64,000 bases of DNA from a virus. Shown piece by piece: positions 1 to 10,850 of this stretch. Numbering within the stretch: the first letter of the stretch is position 1; each line of letters starts with the position of its first letter. The position numbers and the translations under genes are program-made. The notes under the pieces were generated by a model. It ran no database searches and was not told the DNA's origin. It was given only the letters and a program-made list of their open reading frames with translations. The stretch is taken from IMG/VR virus record IMGVR_UViG_3300032245_001466, positions 1-64,000 of that record; one strand, written 5' to 3'.

Positions 1-20
1 AAAGAATTAAGTATCTGACC

Positions 21-3000
21 ATGAAGGTCAGCGACACGGCTGGACTATACGCTGCAAGAATAACAACAACGTTTGAGAGATCGTTCATGGCGTTCCACAG
101 GATGATGATTCGCCTTGCCGGAGCTCCGGCAAGAATCTTTACCATGCAAAACTTTGACAAACTTATTACAAGATTTGCTGAGTCAATGGTCAAGGGCTTT
201 ACCCCAAAGACCGCCCCTATGGCCGGGTTCCTTGCTGGCGGCACCAAGAAGGCTCCTACAGAGCTTTTCGCGGGGCTAAAAGACGCTATTGCCAGAAAAG
301 TAATACCAAATACCCTTGTAGGTGCACCAGGGCCAACATTTACAGACAAGATATTTGCTGGGGCAGACAAGCTTGCAAAGGTTTCTGAGCGCTTTGCGGA
401 GATGATGGTCAGGGGCTTTGCTCCAAAGACTGTCCCAATAGAGAAGTTCCTTGCCGGAGGAACTGTCCGTGCGCCTAAGGAATTGTTTACTGGCTTGAAG
501 GACGCAATTGCAAGAATTGTAATTCCAGATAAATTTACACAGCCAATAAGTATTTTCCAGCGAGCGGTAATGTTCTTTAAGAGCGCAACGGCAAACTTTG
601 GCGGTTTCATCAAGGGAATGGGCTCCTCCGTGTCTGGTGCTGGATCAAACCTTCTTAGCAAGTTCGGCACCACGGTTGTTGGCGGTGGCGGAGCAATGCT
701 TGCTGCCATTCGCGCATCTAAGGGAATGGCAGTTGCGTCCTCATCGATTAAGGCGGTTGGAACAGGAATCATGGGCGCAGTTAACAAGATTGGAAAATTC
801 AATCTTCTTCTAACTGCTCTCCTTGCGGGAAATACAATTAGAGAGAGAATTGGCGCAGAAGGAGATAAGAACGCCGGGGCAATTGTTGGGCAGGAGCTCA
901 CCGGAGCCGCTGGGGCACTTATTGGTGGTAAAGTCATTGGTGGCGCAATTGCGGGGAGGCTGGGAACAGCAGTTGGCGCTCTCGGCGGCCCAATCGGAAT
1001 GATTGCTGGAACAATCATTGGTCAGATGCTTGGGTCAGTTCTGGGCGGACTTGTATTCCCTGGTCAAGAAGTAACTCCAGCCGATCAGGAAAAAACTGCA
1101 AAAGAGGCAGCCGTCGCAGAGTACATGAAGGACCAGGTAATGAGCGCCCAGGAGTTCACGCAGCTCCTTACAGACTTTAACTTTACCCCAATAGAGCTTC
1201 TTGACATGAGCAAGGACTATTATGGATCTGTTGACAGCGTGTTCGAACGAATCAAAAATGGTGTTTCAACGCTTGTCCCATCCCTCCAGGAATCTCTTGG
1301 AAATATGTTGCAAGGTCTTGGAACAAAGGCAACAGAAAAAGTAGACGGCACAAGCTATATGGACTTTGCAACGCAGGCTCTTGAAAAGGTAAGAGCCGCA
1401 ATGACTCAATACTACCTCAACCTTGGCAAGAGCCCGGCAGAGGCAATGATTATTGCGCAAAACGAACTGGCTATGGCCCTTGCTGATTTTGGTCAGGTAA
1501 AGACGCTTGACGAAGCAAACTCCCTGTTGCAGCAGCTCGCCTCAAGCTGGCAGGTCAATATCATGGGAATCAAGGGATTCAACCTGTTTATTGGCGGCGC
1601 AAATACTGGCCTTGAGAAACTTCAAACAAACTTGGAAAAGATTAGATCTGAGTTCCAAAAGCTTTCTTCCAGACTACAGTCAAGAATTAACGCCGTATTT
1701 GAGCAGCAGATGGAGAAGGCACTTGAAAAAGCCAAGGACGCGTTCCTTGCGACTCAAATGGTCATGGTTGATGGCGCTGAAACAAACATCCTTGCACTGC
1801 GCGAGGAAATTGAGGCAACAGAGAAACGAAACAAGTTGCTTGCCATCGAGAAGAAGCTTCGAGATGCCGCCAGAAGCGTCGAAATGGCAAAGCTTGCTCA
1901 ATACGATGCCTCTATGGACCCACTTGAGGCTGCCGCAAGAATGCGGGAAGCGCAAGATGCGCAGACCGAAGCCGTTAAGGAAGCAGCTCTGGAAAGAAAG
2001 AAGATCGCTTTGGAAGAGGCAATGGCAAGCGACCCGGTCGTTGCAGGCCTACAGAACGTTGACGAAAGATTTGAAGCTGCAAGAATAAAGTTCCAGGAGG
2101 GAATGGAAGACATTCTTGATCTTGTTGAGCAGGGGAAACTCACTGGTGCACAGGCTGCCGCAAAAATTAAGGAACTGTATACCACAACACTAGGGGAAGT
2201 TGGCGTCCTTGATGCAAACCTTGACGTTGACGCAAAAAACTTTGGCGACTCGTTCCTTGGAACATGGGAAACAATTCTTAAGAAGTTTGAGAATATTGTC
2301 ACAAAACTAAAGAAGGCCATTGCTGCTGTAAACGGATATACTCCACCAGGAAGCGATCCAGGCACCCCAACTAATCCAAACTCTTCAACAACCGGCCTGC
2401 CAAATAGCGACAGCGTTTATGGCGGTAGAGCCTATGATAACTGGAGAGGATTTGGTATTCCTTGGGATGCAAAAGTAATTAGAGACGCAATTATTGCACG
2501 AGTAAATCTAATGGTTGCGGCACTCAGGGGTGAAAGCCAGAAGAATATGGCCGGTCTAATTTACACCGATCAAGACAGACAAATGGGATATGGTGTTGCC
2601 CTGAGCAAGGCAATTACCTCATTCACCACACCAAGCGGATCAATGAATAAAAAGATAGAAGCGGCAAAAAACGATAAGAATGGCAACGAAATTCTTAGCA
2701 GTGCATTGACGACATACATTAAGCCACTATTTAAGTATATGGATTCTCAAAGCGGAAGAATGTACGATTTGAAGTTCCCGCTACAGGGCATGGCCAGCGG
2801 TGGTGAGGTTATGGGCGTTGGTGGAACATTCCAGGTTGGCGAAACTGGCAGGGAGACCCTACAGGTTGTCCCCGGTGGCGTCGCAAGAATCTTCCCACGA
2901 AGAATACGACCAATCAGCCAGATCGGCATGGCTGGTGGCAATGGCGGCGGGGTTAATGCAAGTGTTATAATCAACAACCCAACGGTCAGAAGCGATCAGG

Positions 3001-3077
3001 ACATCCGAAAGCTGGCTGATGCCGTTGGGAAGGCGCAATCGTCGCTTTTGAGGTCCGCGGGCATCGGGAGAATATAA
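21..3077 (+). CDS. Tail tape-measure protein (5' end probably off-window)
   Basis: Long Ala/Gly-rich helical protein with hydrophobic GxxxG stretches, coiled coil and C-terminal ASGG..VGExGxE motif typical of TMPs; frame is open back to the window start. Confidence 0.85.
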   Translation: MKVSDTAGLYAARITTTFERSFMAFHRMMIRLAGAPARIFTMQNFDKLITRFAESMVKGFTPKTAPMAGFLAGGTKKAPTELFAGLKDAIARKVIPNTLVGAPGPTFTDKIFAGADKLAKVSERFAEMMVRGFAPKTVPIEKFLAGGTVRAPKELFTGLKDAIARIVIPDKFTQPISIFQRAVMFFKSATANFGGFIKGMGSSVSGAGSNLLSKFGTTVVGGGGAMLAAIRASKGMAVASSSIKAVGTGIMGAVNKIGKFNLLLTALLAGNTIRERIGAEGDKNAGAIVGQELTGAAGALIGGKVIGGAIAGRLGTAVGALGGPIGMIAGTIIGQMLGSVLGGLVFPGQEVTPADQEKTAKEAAVAEYMKDQVMSAQEFTQLLTDFNFTPIELLDMSKDYYGSVDSVFERIKNGVSTLVPSLQESLGNMLQGLGTKATEKVDGTSYMDFATQALEKVRAAMTQYYLNLGKSPAEAMIIAQNELAMALADFGQVKTLDEANSLLQQLASSWQVNIMGIKGFNLFIGGANTGLEKLQTNLEKIRSEFQKLSSRLQSRINAVFEQQMEKALEKAKDAFLATQMVMVDGAETNILALREEIEATEKRNKLLAIEKKLRDAARSVEMAKLAQYDASMDPLEAAARMREAQDAQTEAVKEAALERKKIALEEAMASDPVVAGLQNVDERFEAARIKFQEGMEDILDLVEQGKLTGAQAAAKIKELYTTTLGEVGVLDANLDVDAKNFGDSFLGTWETILKKFENIVTKLKKAIAAVNGYTPPGSDPGTPTNPNSSTTGLPNSDSVYGGRAYDNWRGFGIPWDAKVIRDAIIARVNLMVAALRGESQKNMAGLIYTDQDRQMGYGVALSKAITSFTTPSGSMNKKIEAAKNDKNGNEILSSALTTYIKPLFKYMDSQSGRMYDLKFPLQGMASGGEVMGVGGTFQVGETGRETLQVVPGGVARIFPRRIRPISQIGMAGGNGGGVNASVIINNPTVRSDQDIRKLADAVGKAQSSLLRSAGIGRI

Positions 3078-6000
3078 ATGGCTGATGTACGGGTATACAT
3101 AAAGCTTAAATATGAAGGAATGACTGCGGCCTTCTATGACGTCAGCAGAAGAGTTAATTACGAGAGCCTGAATTGGGAAAGCAACAGCGAGGGTACTAGT
3201 GCCAACGCGACAATTGACCTTTGGACCATCCTTCCTAAGTCATCAACCGCAGTTCAAGGCTATGCTGGTGCAACAGAGGCCGACAAGATCAATGCGGCGA
3301 TAGCGGACGAATCGTTTGTTATTGAGATTCCCAGCAAGACAGAGGTACGGATTCTTGACGTCGCAACAAACCCTGATACCGTGTTGTTTGCTGGATATGT
3401 CACGCGAGTTTCAACAAGAAAAGATGGCGGGGCAATCACCCAGGAGGTTGAATGCGCGGACAACACCGCGCTACTGGAAGAGCTAATTATTGCCGATTTC
3501 TATGGGGCGAGAGACTCCAGAGATATTGACATTATTAACGGTGGAAGCGGTGCGTCCACAAGCGCGGCATCCCTCCCATCAATCGTAGGACAGGTCGATG
3601 GGTTGCAAATATCTTCCGAGGCCGTTGGTGGAAGCCTTACTGACGGGGTCTACAGCGTAAGAATTCAAGCAAGGAGCACGACGCTTCTGGGAAGAGACGC
3701 TGCCGCTCCGCAGTATTCGCAAGTCACCTCTGCTATCAGCATAACCCTAAGTGCCGGAACGACAACCCAAAGGCTAAAGGTAAAGTGGAAGAATGCTTCT
3801 CTTGCAGACCAGCATAGGGTTTACGTAATAAAAAACGCCGGCACTGAATACCTTGGTAAAACAACAAAGGCTCTACTTTCTGCAATTGACATCACTGCCG
3901 CAAATAGAGCGTCTAATATTGTCACGATCACAACGGCATCCTCGCACGGGCTTTCTGCGGGAGATCCAATTGTTGTTACAATCCCACAAACAGCAGGATT
4001 CTCCGTTGCTCTTGACGACTACGTTATAGCAACTGCAACAACAACCAATACGATCTCGTATGCAAGCGTTGGTGGTGACGGTTCTGCAACTATTACCAAC
4101 GCAAAACTAACGTCTGGATCGGCTGGTTATGTTTCCAGTCTCGTAACGGCCGAGTCACCAACCGCCCTGACATCTTCTTCTCCGCGTGGGTGGGTCGACG
4201 GAGAGTTTTATGTTGTTGCCGGAAGCACCTACAGGCTTGGCGTTGGGGACGACAACATTCGTGGGTGGCAATACCCAATATCTATTTTTGACGCGTTGTT
4301 TGACAAGAGCCTGATTACAGCCGGAACCCTTGACGTAAAAACATATGTCAATGCCGTAGACACCCAGTATCGCTTTAGCCCATATCTCCCAGAAAGTGAC
4401 ACCGCTAATTACGAGCAGTATGGCGGAAGAAGCGTCCGAAATGTCCTGGACTATATCTCTCAAAAAACTGGTGGCGAGTTCTGGGTGGACAAGGGAACAA
4501 TTGACGGATCTGGAAATTACAAGGCCTACCTGCACTACGGAGCAAAGACGCCAAAGGAACTTGTGGTCAACGGCATATACGATGGCAACATTGACGGATG
4601 GACGACTGCAAGTGGTTTTGCCATTGGCTCCGCAACCAGCGGGCCATACGGGGCTGGCTATAGCGTTTCATCAAGCGCTAGCAACACTAAAATAGAAACA
4701 GCAACTTCTAGCCGCGTTTCGACGGTTTCCGGGAGAAAATACTTTTTCTCCGTAAGAGGAAAGGTTAGCACGCATCAGAACAGGTGGGGCGCATATATTG
4801 TCTGGTACAATTCTGGCGGAACGGAGCTTTCTACTACGCACATTGGCAACCTCCCCGGCTCCCCTGTCGGAACTTGGCACAGGGTATGGAAGACAGCGAC
4901 GGCGCCATCAACCGCTGCCTACTTTGGGCTAAGGGGGCAGTGCACGGGATCGCAGAGCGGCTCTGCTTCATTCACCGACTGGAGCGCTATACAGATCACT
5001 GGGAGCATGGGCTACGGTGACGTAGAGGACTCTGTCACGCATGCTGTCCCCGTTTATGAGATGGAAGTTCCAAGCAGCCCTGTTGAGTCTGGAAACTCAG
5101 CAAATAGGCTGCATCTTTACGCGGTATTCCGCACACGAGACGAAGACGGCAACAAGGTTGCGCTAACCGACGAAAGTGGAAATCCAGTTCAGTATGTTGA
5201 TTATGACTTTGTCCCCGGCATCTGGGCAACAAACGGAAAGATCATTGAGACCGCAACCACAAACGACAAGGTAGAGACACTTGCCGACGCTCAGCTCGCT
5301 GCGAAGGGGTTCTGGAAAGAGAACGGCCTGCCAATTGAGTCGTATGAGTTTGATATCCGACCAAGAGACGCATATGATTCCGTTTACCCAGTACCGAACG
5401 TTGGCGACATTATCCCATTTATCTGGGACACCATGAACGTTGCAAAGCCGCTGATCGTCAAGTCTGTCAAGGCAAAGATGCTTGGTATGGACATTGTTTA
5501 CAGCATCACCGTAGGCGGGGATATTAGGCTGCAAAGAAACTCATTTATCCTTGTAAGTGAGCGGCTTAGGGAGCTTGATAAAGTCAATCCTGTTCCGCCT
5601 ACCCCCTCTGCGCCGACGGAAATCAGTGCTATAGCCAGCATTAAGTCTGCAACAGTCAGCTGGAACTTTGATGAAGACATTGAAAGAAACAAGAATCTTT
5701 CATCGTTTGAGGTCCAGCGACAGGACGGTATATTCAAGGCAATCACAAACGTAGCAAGGGCACTTACTACCGTAACAATTACAACCTCTGGCGCGCATGG
5801 AATAGTAAACGGCGACAAGGTCAGGGTTGAGATGAAGGAATCTATTTACAATCAGGCAACAAAAAAGATCCAGGGCGAATGGATAGTAACTGGAACTACA
5901 ACCACAACATTCACCTACACGTCGGTTGAGAGCGGGCTTATTACCTCTGTCGCGGCAACTGGGTGGGCAATTTACAACTTCACAGAATTTAGGGCAATAC

Positions 6001-7850
6001 AGAATACAAAGTCTACGTATATAAACGACAATGGCCTGTCTTCACTAGTGCAGTACAGATATCAAGTAAGGGCAATGTCTACTGACGATACTGCTGGAAA
6101 CTGGACAGACGAAAGCGACCCCGTAACCCCCGGCGAGGTTGTTGCCGACTCTGTTGCCGACGGATCTATTACTGCCGCAAAGCTTGTTGCCTCCCTTAAG
6201 GCAATAGAAATCGTTTCAGCCGCAGCCCTACCGACACTGCCAAGCAGCTCTTATACAGCAGGAACAATTGTCTACCACCTCGGCGGAACTCCCCCTGGCC
6301 TCAGGAGGGTCTCTGTTGCGGGCACGGCGTGGGAAAATGCCGTTGGCGCTGGTGACATTGTCGCGAATAGCATTACTGCTGGCCTTATCTCTACGGCGGG
6401 AATCGACGCTGGGGTTATAAAATCTGGGCAGTTGACCATTGACAGCCGCTTTGGACTTGGCGTTTTGAAGGATGTTTCGTATAAGCAAAAAACCACAACT
6501 GTTGCAACGCTCACGACAACAGCAGCGCATGGTTTTGTTTCCGGGAATACGGTAACAGTATCTGGGGTGGGCTCTCCGTTTGATGGAACATTCAGCGTGC
6601 TGGCAAGCCCTGCGCCAACAACATTCACGTTTTCCTATACGACTGCTACGGGTGCGGTTAATCTAACAGAAGTCAACCCGCGCGGAGCAGCACTTGTAAA
6701 AACTAATGATTTTGCGATCAGGACTACAACTGATAACTTTACTGTTGACTACCTGGGAAACGTAGTGGCCAAGTCAATCACGCTACAGGGCGCAAATACT
6801 GGCTCCTACACTGGCGCTGGAGTACTAGGATCTGTTGTTCTCAAGGCTCAATCCGGACAGTCTGGTGCGGCAATTATTGCGCAGACATCAGCGGGCGCGC
6901 TTGGTGCCAACCTTGCAATCCAGGCTGGATCTACCACCGCCGGCGGCGTTTACTTCTACAGCTCAAGCGGGACAGACGAGGGCCTTATTGTTGCCGGTGG
7001 AATTGCTGTTAGCAGCAACTTCGCTTATGTATATGACGCAGTAAACAACCCTACGTATGGACCACCAGCTGATGGCGAGCTTGTATTTGCATATGCCGGC
7101 GGAATTACCCCAAGGTATGCTGGCGGAGGAAACCTTTATCAAAGCGCCACCAACGTTCTGCGAACCAGCGGGGGTTTTTCTGTTGGCAGCACCCTTGCGG
7201 TTGGGTCAACTGCGACTTTTACTGGAGTAGTTGATATCAACAACACAACAGACTCCTCATCAACCGCCGGCTCCGGCGCCCTTTATGTTGCTGGCGGTAT
7301 GTATGTTGCTAAGAAAACTTTCCAAATTGGCAATTTTTATGCTAACTACATAGATGTTGGAACATCAACAACTGACGATAGCGTACTTATGACCTTGCCA
7401 TGGAGTTCCGGCTCATCTAATACCTATTCCCTTCGGGCTGTTCAGACGCAGGGCATCGTGACGACAAACGAAGCTGGATCAACCGGCGGTTCGTATGGAA
7501 ATCAACTTACGGCAAGAAGTGTGTATAAGTTTATCTCGCAGAGGGCATACAAAGAAGAGATTGAGGACCTCTTAGACACTGAGGATATTCTTGATGCGCA
7601 ACCCGTATCTTACTATCCAAAGGGTTCTCGTGAAACACTTGGAGACAAAGCGCAAATAGAATACGGTTTTGTTGTTGAAGATTTTGCCCCACTCAACAAA
7701 CTGACGTCTAAATACACCGTTCGAGACCAGGATGGGGTCCCAATGACTGTTCAGTATGAGCTGCTCGCTGTACCAATCATTTCCGCAATGCGCTCCCTTA
7801 GGTCTAGGATTGCTGCGCTTGAGGCCAAAATCGTAGAACTAGAAGGCTAG
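3078..7850 (+). CDS. Large minor tail / tail-tip-fibre protein
   Basis: Follows TMP; three TT..HG...GD.V (FCCH-like) repeats, carbohydrate-binding-like and Fn3-like segments, C-terminal intramolecular chaperone-like motif (SQRAYKEEI..YGFVVED..coiled coil). Confidence 0.8.
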   Translation: MADVRVYIKLKYEGMTAAFYDVSRRVNYESLNWESNSEGTSANATIDLWTILPKSSTAVQGYAGATEADKINAAIADESFVIEIPSKTEVRILDVATNPDTVLFAGYVTRVSTRKDGGAITQEVECADNTALLEELIIADFYGARDSRDIDIINGGSGASTSAASLPSIVGQVDGLQISSEAVGGSLTDGVYSVRIQARSTTLLGRDAAAPQYSQVTSAISITLSAGTTTQRLKVKWKNASLADQHRVYVIKNAGTEYLGKTTKALLSAIDITAANRASNIVTITTASSHGLSAGDPIVVTIPQTAGFSVALDDYVIATATTTNTISYASVGGDGSATITNAKLTSGSAGYVSSLVTAESPTALTSSSPRGWVDGEFYVVAGSTYRLGVGDDNIRGWQYPISIFDALFDKSLITAGTLDVKTYVNAVDTQYRFSPYLPESDTANYEQYGGRSVRNVLDYISQKTGGEFWVDKGTIDGSGNYKAYLHYGAKTPKELVVNGIYDGNIDGWTTASGFAIGSATSGPYGAGYSVSSSASNTKIETATSSRVSTVSGRKYFFSVRGKVSTHQNRWGAYIVWYNSGGTELSTTHIGNLPGSPVGTWHRVWKTATAPSTAAYFGLRGQCTGSQSGSASFTDWSAIQITGSMGYGDVEDSVTHAVPVYEMEVPSSPVESGNSANRLHLYAVFRTRDEDGNKVALTDESGNPVQYVDYDFVPGIWATNGKIIETATTNDKVETLADAQLAAKGFWKENGLPIESYEFDIRPRDAYDSVYPVPNVGDIIPFIWDTMNVAKPLIVKSVKAKMLGMDIVYSITVGGDIRLQRNSFILVSERLRELDKVNPVPPTPSAPTEISAIASIKSATVSWNFDEDIERNKNLSSFEVQRQDGIFKAITNVARALTTVTITTSGAHGIVNGDKVRVEMKESIYNQATKKIQGEWIVTGTTTTTFTYTSVESGLITSVAATGWAIYNFTEFRAIQNTKSTYINDNGLSSLVQYRYQVRAMSTDDTAGNWTDESDPVTPGEVVADSVADGSITAAKLVASLKAIEIVSAAALPTLPSSSYTAGTIVYHLGGTPPGLRRVSVAGTAWENAVGAGDIVANSITAGLISTAGIDAGVIKSGQLTIDSRFGLGVLKDVSYKQKTTTVATLTTTAAHGFVSGNTVTVSGVGSPFDGTFSVLASPAPTTFTFSYTTATGAVNLTEVNPRGAALVKTNDFAIRTTTDNFTVDYLGNVVAKSITLQGANTGSYTGAGVLGSVVLKAQSGQSGAAIIAQTSAGALGANLAIQAGSTTAGGVYFYSSSGTDEGLIVAGGIAVSSNFAYVYDAVNNPTYGPPADGELVFAYAGGITPRYAGGGNLYQSATNVLRTSGGFSVGSTLAVGSTATFTGVVDINNTTDSSSTAGSGALYVAGGMYVAKKTFQIGNFYANYIDVGTSTTDDSVLMTLPWSSGSSNTYSLRAVQTQGIVTTNEAGSTGGSYGNQLTARSVYKFISQRAYKEEIEDLLDTEDILDAQPVSYYPKGSRETLGDKAQIEYGFVVEDFAPLNKLTSKYTVRDQDGVPMTVQYELLAVPIISAMRSLRSRIAALEAKIVELEG

Positions 7851-7914
7851 TTTAGACTATCTATATAGCTTATAATGACCTGGCCCCAACTATGGGCTAA
7901 GTTAGGAGTAGGCT

Positions 7915-8628
7915 ATGAAGTATAGGGTTAAGTCTCAGCTCGACCACGAGGAAAAGGGCGGAATTCTGGACGACTGCGGTCCATCCTCAGTCGCCGCAAT
8001 GGTTTCTTGGGTTAATAAGTATGCTCCTGGTGGCGACTTTAGCGCCGCTGACGGCATCGCGGCAAAGACTAAAGCTACAGGCAAGATTGACAAGCAGGGC
8101 GTTTCTGACAACGGCTCTACGCTCGGTGATTTGATCCTCACGGCACGCCAGCTTGGCGCCAATGCCCGCTGGGCAAAGGACTGGAACGATGTTATTGCCA
8201 GCGCCAAGGCTGGCGCAGCCCTCGGCGTGTGGGTTGAGCAGCCATTTGGATACCCAAAGGACCTTGAGGTCTCTGAGTGGCACGAGAGATGGAAGCGCTG
8301 GTGGTGGGTTAAGCAGAAGCAGCCAAATCGCACCTACGGACACATGACCTCAGCGGTCTACGACCCAGAGGACGGCTGGCAGTGGATTTGCCCAACTCGA
8401 TCCGGTAAAGGCAATGAGCAATATGGCGTAAAGATTGATGAGAAGATTCTCCTCACTCTTGCTGATTCCAAGCGGCTTTCGAAGCAGCACGTTGCCCCAG
8501 CATTCAAGCACATCATCATCGTTGAGGCAAAGAAGGGGACCGCACAGCCCGCCCCAGCGCCCGTACCGGCGGCCCCGGTAAAGCCAGCCCCGTGCCCAGC
8601 GTGCGGCGGCACCGGCGTCAAGAAGTAA
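7915..8628 (+). CDS. Putative endolysin, C39-like cysteine peptidase
   Basis: DDCGPSS Cys motif, GH..AVYD His/Asp, Pro/Ala linker; lies between tail genes and holin-like gene. Confidence 0.6.
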   Translation: MKYRVKSQLDHEEKGGILDDCGPSSVAAMVSWVNKYAPGGDFSAADGIAAKTKATGKIDKQGVSDNGSTLGDLILTARQLGANARWAKDWNDVIASAKAGAALGVWVEQPFGYPKDLEVSEWHERWKRWWWVKQKQPNRTYGHMTSAVYDPEDGWQWICPTRSGKGNEQYGVKIDEKILLTLADSKRLSKQHVAPAFKHIIIVEAKKGTAQPAPAPVPAAPVKPAPCPACGGTGVKK

Positions 8629-8641
8629 GCAGGAGAGTATC

Positions 8642-9034
8642 ATGGGACTCTGGACAAAGATTAAGTGGGTTTTGGACAATACTGGCGTTGACGAGGCTCT
8701 CCTTGAGGCCGTTCGCGTGGGTCTTGCCACCGGTATTGCAGTTATGCTTGCAACCGGCGCTCCAATTCTCGATATGACAGCACAGGATTTCCGGACTGTA
8801 GCCTCCGGCGCCATCGCCGCGACGCTTCAGGTAATCGTTCGCGCCCTCAACCCAGAGGACACGAAGTTTGGCGTAGGCAAGGCGAAGGCCGTAAAGGCCG
8901 AGGAGAAGGCCGCCCTTGCGGACACCTCCCACATCGCTGGGTCTGCTATTGACACCGATGGAGACGGGATTCCCGACCAGCTCGCTGGCAGCCTTGCCGG
9001 AGAGACCTGGGACGAGGAAGAGTCCGTCAAGTAA
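8642..9034 (+). CDS. Putative holin
   Basis: Two hydrophobic segments followed by RALNPED.KFG motif; next to the endolysin candidate. Confidence 0.6.
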   Translation: MGLWTKIKWVLDNTGVDEALLEAVRVGLATGIAVMLATGAPILDMTAQDFRTVASGAIAATLQVIVRALNPEDTKFGVGKAKAVKAEEKAALADTSHIAGSAIDTDGDGIPDQLAGSLAGETWDEEESVK

Positions 9035-9094
9035 TGTGCTATAGTGGCACTGCGGCAGTTAGCCGTAAGTCATATAGTAGGAGAGAATCTAAGA

Positions 9095-9244
9095 ATGGCA
9101 GACAAGAAGAAGGTAGCTCCAAAGCCAGCACCAGCCAAGAAGGCAGGCAAGCCGGCAGTAAAGCCGGTAGCCAAGAAGAGCCCCGCGAAAAAGAGTGCGG
9201 CTCCTAAGAAGAAGAGCCTCCTAGGCCGCCTTCTCGGCAAGTAA
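9095..9244 (+). CDS. Small Lys/Ala/Pro-rich basic (histone H1-like) protein
   Basis: MADKKKVAPKPAPAKK... with AGGAG upstream. Confidence 0.6.
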   Translation: MADKKKVAPKPAPAKKAGKPAVKPVAKKSPAKKSAAPKKKSLLGRLLGK

Positions 9245-9272
9245 CAGCGAGGGGTCCCGAACCCCTCCTTCC

Positions 9273-9312
9273 AGGAAGCCCCGGTGACGCCCCACCGGGG
9301 CTTCCTCTTTTC
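9273..9312 (+). terminator. Intrinsic terminator
   Basis: AGGAAGCCCCGGTG/CACCGGGGCTTCCT stem followed by CTTTT. Confidence 0.7.
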
Positions 9313-9405
9313 CGTACACATCTGTGTGCACATGTGGAAAAGTATTCGTATACCTGTTATGCTGTTTTAGTAGGCGAATGTCCTACCACCAAGGAAGGAG
9401 AGCAT

Positions 9406-9645
9406 ATGTCCGTAGAGAACATTTTGGAAGAGATTCGTGGCACATCCACGAAGAAGGGTCCACAGTGCAGCGTCAGGGCAATCTTGACCTCTATTGATGG
9501 CGAAAAGAGGGACGCAATGGCTGCTGCCCTTGAAGACCTTTCTATTGACTCTAGCGCCATCTCTCGGTGGCTTTTAAAGAATGGCCATGACGCCAAGCCG
9601 CATACGCTTGCTCGTCATCGCCGGAAAGAGTGCAGGTGCGCATAG
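9406..9645 (+). CDS. Small Cys/His-containing phage protein
   Basis: AAGGAG RBS; C..(n)..RHRRKECRC; coupled to the phosphoesterase gene. Confidence 0.6.
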   Translation: MSVENILEEIRGTSTKKGPQCSVRAILTSIDGEKRDAMAAALEDLSIDSSAISRWLLKNGHDAKPHTLARHRRKECRCA

Positions 9646-10850
9646 TGGGAAACCCATTAGACGAAATCAAGGCAATCCAGACGGAAATGCAGGCTGAGCG
9701 CCGGCCAAAGCGCCAGCACCCAGAGGGCTGGGAGCCTGGGGTGTCTTGGAACGGCAATGAGGGAACCATTACCACGACGGGAATGCCCGCAGAGAACGCG
9801 CCAGACTGGGCAACCGTTCTTAGGGTTTGGGGTCTTGACCCAGAGCATTTTGACGTCGTAGAGCCAGTCCTGTTTAACGTTTGGGGCGACACGCTTGGCG
9901 TGCTTAACCGGCAGTGGAAGGGCAAGGTTGTGCGCAAGGCGGCCTCTATGGGGTCGGACGTTCAGGAAATTATTGACGAGATTAAGAAGCATCGTTTTGT
10001 TCGACCTGAGGTTACTGAAAATGGCACGGCAATGGTTGTCGCCATCTCAGACCTTCAGTTGGGCAAGGGCGAGAATGGCGGCAGCGCCAAGATTGTTGAG
10101 CGCTTCCTTGCTGGGATCAACGAGGTTGAGAGCCGCTGGAAAGAGCTTCGCAAGGCTGGCAGGCCGCTATCTAAGCTTGTGGTTGTTGGCCTTGGGGACA
10201 TCATTGAGTCCTGCGACGGTCACTACGACATGCAGGCATTCCAGACAGACCTTGACCGCCGAGAGCAGGTAACCGTCGCTCGCCGACTCATTACCAAGGC
10301 GCTCACGCAGTGGTCTAAGTTTGCGCCAGAAATGCTGGTTGCCTGTATTCCTGGAAATCACGGTGAAAACCGAAAGGGTGGTAAGGCGTTTACTACCTTT
10401 GGCGACAACGACGACGTTGCCGTATTTGAGCAGGTTGCGGAGATTCTTGCCGCAAACGAAGAGGCGTATGGGCACGTTAAGTTTGTGATCCCGAAGAACG
10501 ACTTAACCGTGACCATTGATGTCTACGGGACGATCGTTGCCCTTGCTCACGGTCATCAGGCCCGACGTGGCGGAGGAAATGCCATTGGCAAGATTGAGAA
10601 CTGGTGGGCTCGACAGGCGCTGGGAATGGCCCCAGTATCTGACGCCACGCTGCTTCTCACGGGGCACTACCATCACCTTGCCCTTGCTCAGCATGGCGCA
10701 AGGACACACATTCAGGCCCCGTCGCTTGACGGCGGCTCCCAGTGGTACAGGGAGGTAGCGGGAGTCGACGCCCCATCAGGTATCTTGACTCTAGCGGTCA
10801 ACGAAAACGGCTGGGACGACTTGAAAGTCATGCCGTGCAGAATTGATTAG
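9645..10850 (+). CDS. Calcineurin-like metallophosphoesterase / nuclease
   Basis: Motifs SDLQLG, GLGD, PGNHG, HGH, GHYHH. Confidence 0.85.
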   Translation: MGNPLDEIKAIQTEMQAERRPKRQHPEGWEPGVSWNGNEGTITTTGMPAENAPDWATVLRVWGLDPEHFDVVEPVLFNVWGDTLGVLNRQWKGKVVRKAASMGSDVQEIIDEIKKHRFVRPEVTENGTAMVVAISDLQLGKGENGGSAKIVERFLAGINEVESRWKELRKAGRPLSKLVVVGLGDIIESCDGHYDMQAFQTDLDRREQVTVARRLITKALTQWSKFAPEMLVACIPGNHGENRKGGKAFTTFGDNDDVAVFEQVAEILAANEEAYGHVKFVIPKNDLTVTIDVYGTIVALAHGHQARRGGGNAIGKIENWWARQALGMAPVSDATLLLTGHYHHLALAQHGARTHIQAPSLDGGSQWYREVAGVDAPSGILTLAVNENGWDDLKVMPCRID

